A stretch of 37,547 bases of DNA from Candidatus Nanoarchaeia archaeon. Its GTDB lineage: Archaea; Nanobdellota; Nanobdellia; Woesearchaeales; DATDTY01. Within the stretch, counting starts at the first letter, position 1. Every line of letters begins with the position of its first letter. Position numbers and translations under genes: made by a program. Below the pieces are notes generated by a model that saw only the letters and a program-made list of their open reading frames with translations, searched no databases and had not been told where the DNA came from. Where the stretch lies: assembly GCA_035290625.1 (NCBI GenBank), contig DATDTY010000013.1, positions 1 to 37,547 on the forward strand, given 5' to 3'. Below, piece by piece: positions 27,672-35,393 of the stretch.

Positions 27672-28265
27672 ATGGTGCAAGACCGGAGAGAGATGTATAA
27701 AAAGCTTATGGTGTTCCTGCTTGCTGGCATCATGATCAGCAGCGTGTTTGGGGTTATTTTCTTCGGATTTGGAGGAAGCAATGGAGATTCCCTGCAGTAC
27801 AATGGGTTTGAGTTTGTTCGGGTGTCAGGGGGCTATCAGCTTCAGACTGAACGGACAACGATCACGTTTAGCCATTTTCCGTCAGAGCTGTCTTATGAAG
27901 TCCAGAACGGCACAGATGATATCCTTCAAGGCCAGAAGCAGTTCCTGTATACCTCTGATTTTCATGACAGGCTGAACCAGACTATTGCGTTAGTCCATTA
28001 TAACCTGGCCCCCCTGTTCCAGGAGGAATTTGGGGTCTCTCTCATTCCTGCATATACATCAAATGTCTCAGGATTTCCGGCTGCAGATTGCAGGAATGCA
28101 ACTGCCATCCTTCCGGTTATCCTTACAAAAAGCGCTGATATAAGCAGAATTTCGCTCAATGACAGCTGCATTGTGCTCGAGGCTGCCGAGCCTGAGGACC
28201 TTATCTCTCTTCACGAGCTTATCCTCTACAGGATGCTGGGAGTTATCGAAGGAGGAACCACGTGA
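27672..28265 (+). CDS. N-terminally anchored hypothetical protein
   Basis: TM helix, then YNGFEF..C..A...PVI..CIVL. Paralogous to the next gene. Confidence 0.75.
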   Translation: MVQDRREMYKKLMVFLLAGIMISSVFGVIFFGFGGSNGDSLQYNGFEFVRVSGGYQLQTERTTITFSHFPSELSYEVQNGTDDILQGQKQFLYTSDFHDRLNQTIALVHYNLAPLFQEEFGVSLIPAYTSNVSGFPAADCRNATAILPVILTKSADISRISLNDSCIVLEAAEPEDLISLHELILYRMLGVIEGGTT

Positions 28266-28978
28266 GAGAGATTGAGTCCCCTATTGAAGGAAATCTTGGC
28301 AAAGAAGCTGGCAAAGAGGATACGCAGCCACAAGGCTATGAGCCTGGCCAGGATGAACTAGGGGATGAGGCTCATGTTGATGAGAAAAAAGAGAACAGAA
28401 AACTGGGCATGATCGTTATATCGCTCGTAGCCCTCTTCCTTTTGTTTATCGGGGTGTTTCTTTACAGCAAATCGCAAGGGCCTGTGGTGCCAACCTACAC
28501 CTACAACGGGTTTGTAGTTGAGAAGGTTGCCGGGCTGTGGAATACTGAATGGCAGAGGGGAGATACTGTGTATAAGATCCATCTGAGGTATGGGCCAAGA
28601 GAGGCTGAGGATGTCTCACTGGAGTTTGCAGATGAGTTTGTGATCACGAATACCACCTACATCACCTTTGATCCTGAAGGGGAGGATCTCGGCTATGTTG
28701 CGCTTGCGAGCGCTGAAATCACTTTGAGCCTGTCAAATGTGTTTGGCATCCAGGCTGTTGCTGCATGCTCCAGAAATGCGACTGATGCGTGCCATACGAG
28801 GCCTATTGTGAACTGCGAGATCAGTAATGGCACCACCGAGAGCATTATCTTTATTAAAGAACATCCTGAACCAAAGGTGAGCGTTCAGGATAACTGCCTT
28901 GTTATCCAGGGGAGGAAGGAAGAGATTGTGAGGGCGGCTGACAAGGTCATCTGGAAGTGGTATGGGATAATCAAATAG
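28262..28978 (+). CDS. N-terminally anchored hypothetical protein
   Basis: GTGA overlap with the previous gene and SD GGAGG. Acidic N-tail, TM helix, YNGFVV, TYITFDP, PIVNC..CLVIQG. Confidence 0.8.
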   Translation: MREIESPIEGNLGKEAGKEDTQPQGYEPGQDELGDEAHVDEKKENRKLGMIVISLVALFLLFIGVFLYSKSQGPVVPTYTYNGFVVEKVAGLWNTEWQRGDTVYKIHLRYGPREAEDVSLEFADEFVITNTTYITFDPEGEDLGYVALASAEITLSLSNVFGIQAVAACSRNATDACHTRPIVNCEISNGTTESIIFIKEHPEPKVSVQDNCLVIQGRKEEIVRAADKVIWKWYGIIK

Positions 28979-29044
28979 GCGGCCAGATTCTGCCATAATT
29001 TTGCGTAGACAAATTTATAAGTCGAATACGTTTCTTACGGGTAC

Positions 29045-29650
29045 ATGAAAAAACATCTTCATTACTATTCCAGAAAGCAAGATTCGCCCTTGCGGCAGCA
29101 GATGATCCGGGCAAGGCTTCTTGGCAGGGAATTCTCTTTTTTAACAGGATCCGGGGTTTTCTCAAAAGACAGGATTGATGCCGGGACGTTGGTGTTGATT
29201 GACCATATGATCATTAAGGACGGCTGGGATGTCCTTGACTTAGGATGTGGGTATGGCGCTGTGGGGATTTGTATTGCGAAGAATTTTACGAAGTGTGAGG
29301 TTGTTATGTCTGACATCAATGAGCGGGCTGCCAGGCTTGCAAGGCGGAATATGTCGCTTAATGATGTCCAGAATGCTGAGGCAAGGATGGGGGATAGTTT
29401 TGAGAATATCAGTGCTGATGAGAAGTTTGACACTATCCTTATCAACCCTCCAAGGATGGCCGGGAGAGAGGTGTGCTTCAGGATGATAGAGGAGTCGTTT
29501 CAGCATTTGAAGAAAAACGGCTTGCTACAGGCGGTTGCGAAGCATAACATCGGAGGAAGGGAATTATCAAAGAAGATGAAAGAAGTCTTTGGGAATGTTA
29601 AAGAGGCCGGGAAAAAGTCAGGGTATCGGGTGTATGTGAGTGAGAAGTGA
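29045..29650 (+). CDS. Class I SAM-dependent methyltransferase, RsmC/MTS-like
   Basis: GVFSKDRIDAGT, VLDLGCGYG, DINERA, INPP, KSGYRV. Confidence 0.92.
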   Translation: MKKHLHYYSRKQDSPLRQQMIRARLLGREFSFLTGSGVFSKDRIDAGTLVLIDHMIIKDGWDVLDLGCGYGAVGICIAKNFTKCEVVMSDINERAARLARRNMSLNDVQNAEARMGDSFENISADEKFDTILINPPRMAGREVCFRMIEESFQHLKKNGLLQAVAKHNIGGRELSKKMKEVFGNVKEAGKKSGYRVYVSEK

Positions 29651-29732
29651 TGTGGTTTGTTATAAGTCATAAGAGGGTTATAAAATTTTTAATACGAAAC
29701 ATAAATAAAGAGGACTTGGTGAGCTAGGAGAT

Positions 29733-30308
29733 ATGGTCTTTCTAACGATTGCAGAGATTCTGGACATGGCGATCATGATAGCCTTTGTAGGATTTATTTT
29801 CAAAGATGCGTTTCCACGGCAAAGGGTAGATGATCCTATTGCATATTACACCAATGCCAGCCGAAGCGATTTCTGGTTTGCTGTCATGGCTGTTGCTCCT
29901 GCCATCATCCTGCATGAGTTCGGGCATAAGCTGATTGCTGTTGCATTTGGCCTTCAGGCATCATTCAATGCAGCATACGGATGGCTTATCCTTGGAACGC
30001 TGCTGAAGCTGATGAACTTTGGATTTATCTTCTTTGTCCCTGCGTATGTCTCATTTGGCTGTGCTGGTTTTGGGTGTGTGATTCTGCCCTGGCAGAATAT
30101 CCTTATTGCCTTTGCAGGGCCTTTGGTGAACCTGCTCCTCTGGGGAGTTGCCTCTGTCCTGCTTTATCAGAAAGGGATTAAGGAGCAGCATCGGGATATC
30201 CTGTTCCTGACGAAAAGGATCAATATGTTCTTGTTTGTCTTTAATATGATACCGATTCCGGGATTTGACGGGCACAAGGTCCTCCTGGGAATCTTCCAGC
30301 TGTTTTGA
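29733..30308 (+). CDS. Site-2 protease (peptidase M50)
   Basis: HEFGH, IAFAGPLVN and FNMIPIPGFDG within hydrophobic segments. Confidence 0.93.
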   Translation: MVFLTIAEILDMAIMIAFVGFIFKDAFPRQRVDDPIAYYTNASRSDFWFAVMAVAPAIILHEFGHKLIAVAFGLQASFNAAYGWLILGTLLKLMNFGFIFFVPAYVSFGCAGFGCVILPWQNILIAFAGPLVNLLLWGVASVLLYQKGIKEQHRDILFLTKRINMFLFVFNMIPIPGFDGHKVLLGIFQLF

Positions 30309-30337
30309 AGTTCAGTTTGAATTTCAGTTCCGGCAAA

Positions 30338-33202
30338 TCATTCTGCCAATCGCCTTCTGTAGTAGAAGAACATGCCTGTCAGGAGGATGCCGATCATTGC
30401 CATTTCCACTGTGAACAATGCTGCTGGCGACCGCTTCTTGGAAAGCAGAGGCAGGTAAGGAGTATAGGTTCTGGTGATGAGAGTTTGGCACCCCGCAACT
30501 GCGCTTTGGATGAGGCTTGTGGCGTTCTCATAGGCGCCATGGTCAGCTGCTGATTCTGCTGCTTCCAATACCTCTCCAAGCTCGAGGCACTCTGGATTTT
30601 CCCTGAACAGGTCTGCGGCAAAGAGAATCTCCTTGATGACGACATCCCGTCTCCTGAAGTCTTTCTCTTTGACGTCGATGAATATCTTCACCGTGTCTTC
30701 TGCAGGAGGATCGGCTGCGCTTCCCTTGATTTCGATTGCATAGCGGCCTGGCTTTGAGAGAGGCAGGGAGGTTATGGCAAGCTGGAACGATTCCTGCTGG
30801 CCTATCACCAGCTTCTCATAGGATCTTCTGGAGAGAGAGAAGGACACTTCTGAGCTGTTGGAGATGCCGGCCAGCCCGACATCAGCCAGGGTTTTCTTTC
30901 CGTCGTTCTTTATGGATATTGTTGTTGTCAGGGTCTGGTCAGGCTCAACTACCAGAGGCTCGGGGGCGTCAAGGCTGAGGCTTGCAATAGGAGGCTCGGG
31001 TATCGGAGCAGGAGGCTGGCTGGTTGGGGCTCCAATGCCGACCTCTTGTGTGAGGGTTGTCTTATCTTCTGCGAAAAGGTAGATGGTTCCGTTCTGGGAT
31101 AGAGTTGCTGAAATGACGTTTCCGGCAGTATCGAGAGTTGCGGACTGCTGGGTAAAGCTACAGGACTGGAGATTCTGGCAGGTATAGAGGACAAGATTTG
31201 ATTCGTCCTCCAGGACTAATGAGATAGCGCTATAGTCCCAGCTCACCGAAAGGTTATTGTAATCTGTCATGTTTGTAATGGCCTGGAATTCGAGCACGCT
31301 TCGTTTATTGCTGGGAGCTGCATGCAGCTTTCCAAGGGGGGTGTAGTTGAAGGTAAAGACTTCTGTGTAATTCTGCACATAGCTGAGATTCGTGAAATTA
31401 ACAGTATTGAGGATGAGGCTTGGGTTGGCTGTTGCAGCCTCTGCAGAATAATGGGATCCGTTATAGATGCTGAAATTGTTCCCTGCCATGATGCGTTCAT
31501 TGGTGCACACATCCCTGAGATAAAATGCCTGGACATTGGTGCCTGTAAGGTTGATGGTTTTTGATGCAGATCCATTGGCAAAGGAGGTAAAGCTTGAGTT
31601 AAGGGACTGGATGTTATTGGCTGCATCAACGACTGTGCCTGTGATGTTAAACGTGCCTGTCTCATTGATGCGGAATGAAGCATAGTAGGTGTATGCGAGC
31701 CGGGAGCGGCTTAGCCTGTCGATTGAGAGGTTCACAATTCCGCTTGTTGGGGTTTGGATTGTTATGTTTGAAAAGTTTGAGATGGTCTGGAGCGCGGCTT
31801 TCATCTGCAGCGTGATGTTTGTGTTGTTGGTTGCATAGGTTTCGTTCGCGCAGACATAATTGATGGAGATAGAAGAGGCTGACGTGTTGCGGATGAGGAT
31901 TTCTGAGATAACTGTGGTATTGACGGCAACAGAGGTATTGTAGCCATACGCAGTTAGGTTATACACTCCGGGATCCATGTCGAGTGTGACTGGAAGAGTC
32001 CAAGTTGAGGAGAAGGTTGCGTTGGTGAAGTTCTTTCCAGCCAGGGTGATAGTGACGTTGTTGATCCAGTTGTTGCTGTCTGTCTCGGATAAGGTGAGGG
32101 TTATGGTGTCTCCAAAGTTATGCTGCGAGCTGTTTTCAGGTGAAGTGATATTCAGGGTTGCTCTCTTGATGTCAAAGGTCAGGGTTTCTGAATAAGCGGA
32201 ATAATTATACCCGTCAAATGCACGGACGCGAACATAGCGCAACCCATTCGTGAGTGTGTTGTTGGTGAAGAGTGTGGAATAGGATGCTTGTGAGATATTG
32301 GCTACAATCAGGTCATAGGCTGTGAAGTCTGCATCCTGGCCTGCTTCAAGGAAGTAGGTTATGGTGTCGTTCTCTGGGTCAGTTGAGCCTGTCCATGTAA
32401 ACTGGATATTGTCAGAGGAACGCAGGGAGTTGTTGGCAGGAGTGAGGAATGAGACTGCTGCTGGAACGTCTCGGTTTGCCACTGAGAATGATTGTAAGGA
32501 GCCTGAGGTCGCATTATTGAGGGAGTCATTGGCATACCATTGATAGCCTATTGTTTCACCATTTGAGAAGTTTCCTGAGCCAATGATGAAGGCGTAGACA
32601 GGGCCTGGCTGCGCGAGAGTGATGTTCTGCCAGCTGCCTGTCCAGTTTCCTGATATCCAGACTGTATTGAGGCTCAAGTCGGTTATAGTGGCATTCACAG
32701 TAACGCTGGTGTTTATGAAGATGACATCCGGATTCCTTGTTTCAGCTGTGATGTTAGGAGCCAGGATATCGAGGATATAGCGGAATGCTGAGGTTGAGGT
32801 ATTCCGGTTTCCTGAGGAATCTACTGCAACGGCCTTCCATGTCCAGGTCTTGTTTGCTGGCCAGATATCTGGTATGAGGATAGAGTTGTTTGTTGTGTTG
32901 TAGGTATAATTGATCTTATCAAAGGTTCCGGAATCATCTACCTCAACAAGGTAATAGGCGAGGCCTGGAATTGTTGAGCTTGTCCAGTTTAACCTTGGAG
33001 TCTGGTTCTTGCTTACTGCGCCATCCTCAGGAAGGAGAAGTGTCAGTGAGGCATCGGGATTTGTTCCTAGAGGCCCTGTTGCGAATCCTGTGATCTGGGG
33101 CTTTAGCAACAGGATTGCGCCTCCCAGTACGAGCATGAGGCTCAATAGAAGGAGGGGCAATACAGCAAATGGCTTATTTCCAGAGTTCCCTTCAGGCGTC
33201 AT
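30338..33202 (-). CDS. Large surface glycoprotein with FN3/Ig-like domains and N- and C-terminal TM helices
   Basis: TM helix followed by ITGFAT. FN3-like segments (LNWT..YYLVEVDDSGTF; FTWTGSTDPENDTITYFLE), very dense N-x-S/T sequons, a CARDB-like domain, a helical ENPECLEL..C domain and a C-terminal TM helix with RRR. ATG 33202 overlaps the upstream stop (ATGA); 33208 is an alternative start. Confidence 0.85.
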   Translation of the reverse strand: MTPEGNSGNKPFAVLPLLLLSLMLVLGGAILLLKPQITGFATGPLGTNPDASLTLLLPEDGAVSKNQTPRLNWTSSTIPGLAYYLVEVDDSGTFDKINYTYNTTNNSILIPDIWPANKTWTWKAVAVDSSGNRNTSTSAFRYILDILAPNITAETRNPDVIFINTSVTVNATITDLSLNTVWISGNWTGSWQNITLAQPGPVYAFIIGSGNFSNGETIGYQWYANDSLNNATSGSLQSFSVANRDVPAAVSFLTPANNSLRSSDNIQFTWTGSTDPENDTITYFLEAGQDADFTAYDLIVANISQASYSTLFTNNTLTNGLRYVRVRAFDGYNYSAYSETLTFDIKRATLNITSPENSSQHNFGDTITLTLSETDSNNWINNVTITLAGKNFTNATFSSTWTLPVTLDMDPGVYNLTAYGYNTSVAVNTTVISEILIRNTSASSISINYVCANETYATNNTNITLQMKAALQTISNFSNITIQTPTSGIVNLSIDRLSRSRLAYTYYASFRINETGTFNITGTVVDAANNIQSLNSSFTSFANGSASKTINLTGTNVQAFYLRDVCTNERIMAGNNFSIYNGSHYSAEAATANPSLILNTVNFTNLSYVQNYTEVFTFNYTPLGKLHAAPSNKRSVLEFQAITNMTDYNNLSVSWDYSAISLVLEDESNLVLYTCQNLQSCSFTQQSATLDTAGNVISATLSQNGTIYLFAEDKTTLTQEVGIGAPTSQPPAPIPEPPIASLSLDAPEPLVVEPDQTLTTTISIKNDGKKTLADVGLAGISNSSEVSFSLSRRSYEKLVIGQQESFQLAITSLPLSKPGRYAIEIKGSAADPPAEDTVKIFIDVKEKDFRRRDVVIKEILFAADLFRENPECLELGEVLEAAESAADHGAYENATSLIQSAVAGCQTLITRTYTPYLPLLSKKRSPAALFTVEMAMIGILLTGMFFYYRRRLAE

Positions 33203-33348
33203 TTCCATTTTGCCAGCCTTTTCTTGAGTGTATTGCCTTTTCCGAGGTAGAGGAGGACTTTTTGGCGCACTTTTCCGTGTTCGTAACGGTTTTCAACAAG
33301 GTAGAAGTACGTATGCCCTGCTATCTTCTTCTTCCGGATAAAGGCCAT
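33199..33348 (-). CDS. 49-aa basic beta-sheet putative DNA-binding protein (resembles the IS1634 transposase N-terminus)
   Basis: Hand translation: MAFIRKKKIAGHTYFYLVENRYEHGKVRQKVLLYLGKGNTLKKRLAKWK*. Absent from the ORF track, probably below its size cut-off. Minus-strand TTTATATA at 33371-33379 lies about 25-30 nt upstream of the ATG. Confidence 0.8.
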   Translation of the reverse strand: MAFIRKKKIAGHTYFYLVENRYEHGKVRQKVLLYLGKGNTLKKRLAKWK

Positions 33349-33350
33349 TG

Positions 33351-33552
33351 TTTAGGCACTATGTTTTTGGATATATAAAGCTTATGCTTTGAAGCTTGTT
33401 TTTTAGGCAGCTTATTTCTTAGGCACTATAATTTACCACTTTTGTATCTTATTTATGTATTAAGTTTAGGCACTATGTGTTAGTATTTTAGGCATTAGTT
33501 ACGGTGATTATCCTTTCTTTTTTATTAGAAAAAATCTATTTTTAGGCACTAT
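33351..33552 (+). repeat. Six direct repeats of consensus TTTAGGCACTAT in an AT-rich divergent intergenic region
   Basis: Copies start at 33351, 33402 (partial), 33418, 33465, 33487 (variant) and 33541, all in the same orientation. Confidence 0.9.
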
Positions 33553-33589
33553 GAATACTTTTATAAAGGGAGGGAGTCTATGCGTTTCT

Positions 33590-34324
33590 ATGCCAGCAGA
33601 TGCATGGATTGCAGGGCTGATCAGTGTAGGCATTGTGAGCCTGATCTCACTTGTTGGAGTGGTTATCCTCTGGTTCCGCTATGATCTGGTCAGAAAAGGG
33701 ATCATCTACCTGGTTGGCTTTTCTGCAGGAACGCTGTTAGGTGGCGTCTTTATCCACCTGCTGCCTGAAGCTGTAAAGGAGGGATTTGAGCTGACGACAT
33801 CACTTTATATCCTTCTTGGGCTATTGTTTTCTTTCCTTATTGAGAAAGCTGTGCACTGGAAGCATGCTGACAAGCCCCATCATACAAAACCTTTTGCCAC
33901 CCTTATCCTGGTAGGAGATGGTATCCATAATTTCATTGACGGCCTTATCATTGGAGGAAGCTATCTCGCAAGCTTTCCTGTCGGCTTGGCAACAACATTG
34001 GGCGTCGTGTTTCATGAGATCCCCCAGGAGATCGGAGAGTTCGGAGTGCTAATCCATGCGGGGCTGCCAAAGTTCAAGGCATTGCTGTTCAATTTCCTCT
34101 CTGCCCTGACTGCCATTCTCGGAACCTTGATGGCGTTGACGTTCGGGGGGGTTGGGTTACAGTCCTTTCTTGTGCCATTCGCGGCCGGTAATTTTATTTA
34201 CATTGCTGGGGCTGACCTGATTCCGGAACTCAATAAGGAAGTTGGCGTTGAGAAATCAATCTGGCAGTTCGTTTCCATTGTTCTTGGGATGATTGTGATG
34301 GTATTGCTGCTGGTTGTGGAATAA
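33590..34324 (+). CDS. ZIP-family divalent metal transporter
   Basis: FIHLLPEA, GDGIHNFIDG, FHEIPQEIGEFG, AAGNFIYIAGADLIPEL. ATG 33590 follows TTTTATAA. Confidence 0.95.
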   Translation: MPADAWIAGLISVGIVSLISLVGVVILWFRYDLVRKGIIYLVGFSAGTLLGGVFIHLLPEAVKEGFELTTSLYILLGLLFSFLIEKAVHWKHADKPHHTKPFATLILVGDGIHNFIDGLIIGGSYLASFPVGLATTLGVVFHEIPQEIGEFGVLIHAGLPKFKALLFNFLSALTAILGTLMALTFGGVGLQSFLVPFAAGNFIYIAGADLIPELNKEVGVEKSIWQFVSIVLGMIVMVLLLVVE

Positions 34325-34328
34325 AGGG

Positions 34329-34823
34329 TTACTCTTCAAATATCTTATCTTTTGATGGCACTATAATTTTGTCTTTTTTCTCAATCTCCTCAATTAATTC
34401 TTTTACGTATTCTTTGGTTCGTATCTCCTCTTCCCAGAGGTACCGCAATATGGAGTTAAGGGTTAAAGCAGCTACCCCGTGCTTTTCACAAAAATTCAAC
34501 ACTTTTTTCTCATTTGTAAGGAAGACTGCATTCCGTATTTTAGCAACGGCTATACTGTCAGATTCTCCCCTGCCAAAACTCTTTGGCAGTGTTCTTTTGT
34601 AGGATGATTCTTCTTGGGATAGGCGAACCATGGTAATGCTGTTTGTTTTGACGAGATTTAGGATCTGTTTTGCGTACTCGTACCCAAGTTCATCGGCTTT
34701 CGTTATCTCATTGAAGACATTTGGAGAGATGAAGAGGCGTTTTTCCCTGAAGACAGAGAAGAGAAGAAGCATCTTATCTATTTTTCCAAATGTGGAAAGA
34801 ATATCCGTATCAATGATGATCAT
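34329..34823 (-). CDS. PIN-domain toxin (VapC/DUF3368-like)
   Basis: IIIDTDILS, VFNEI, GRGESDSIAVA, FLTNEK. Overlaps the upstream antitoxin gene. Confidence 0.85.
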   Translation of the reverse strand: MIIIDTDILSTFGKIDKMLLLFSVFREKRLFISPNVFNEITKADELGYEYAKQILNLVKTNSITMVRLSQEESSYKRTLPKSFGRGESDSIAVAKIRNAVFLTNEKKVLNFCEKHGVAALTLNSILRYLWEEEIRTKEYVKELIEEIEKKDKIIVPSKDKIFEE

Positions 34824-35151
34824 TGTTTTTCTTTAAATTCCGCATCAGATCAACTCCCCTCTTGATTTCTTGCCGTGACTGCCTTGGAACCCTTATCTTA
34901 ATTCCACGGTCAAGCAGGAGCTTTTTGAACTCCACGAAACTCATTGAAGCAATTTCTGCTGCTTTGCTTAAGGTTACCACTCCTTTTTTGTACATTTCAA
35001 TAGCTGCAGCTGTTCTGAGCTGACTCTTGGTGTCAAAGAGGTTTCTCAGGGCATCCCTGACTACTTCGGACTTATTGGAATAGTATCCTGCATGAATCAC
35101 GGCCTCGATTTCTTGTTCATAGAGTTCGGGTATGCTGAACGCGCTTGGCAT
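34810..35151 (-). CDS. Antitoxin: ribbon-helix-helix fused to a UPF0175-like HTH
   Basis: GYYSNKSEVVRDALR (RHH, CopG/MetJ-like) followed by AAIEMYKKGVVTLSKAAEIASMSFVEFKKLL (UPF0175-like). Confidence 0.85.
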   Translation of the reverse strand: MPSAFSIPELYEQEIEAVIHAGYYSNKSEVVRDALRNLFDTKSQLRTAAAIEMYKKGVVTLSKAAEIASMSFVEFKKLLLDRGIKIRVPRQSRQEIKRGVDLMRNLKKNNDHH

Positions 35152-35155
35152 GTTG

Positions 35156-35184
35156 ATAATAGATGATAACTATTATTATAAAAA
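35156..35184 (-). promoter_or_regulatory. Toxin-antitoxin promoter with a palindromic operator
   Basis: ATAATAG-N7-CTATTAT (35156-35176) between the minus-strand TTTTATAA box and ATG 35151. Confidence 0.5.
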
Positions 35185-35393
35185 TGTTTCGGTTTTAGAG
35201 AGAGTTTCGAATACATATTTTCTCAGCGTCTGTTTTCCAGTGGAAACTGAGGTCGAGTCCAAAATCAGATATTCTTCTTGGTTTTGCGACGCAGCTGCAA
35301 TGGAAATAGCGGCGGGATTATTCGAAAATCCCCACTTGTTGTTTACCCATCTGAATCAAAACACATAAATAGGGCAAGTGTTGATGCCTTCTC

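Noticed and set aside
33351..33552. CRISPR array
   Set aside because: Repeats are only 12 nt, start-to-start spacing is irregular (51, 16, 47, 22, 54), and there are no cas genes.
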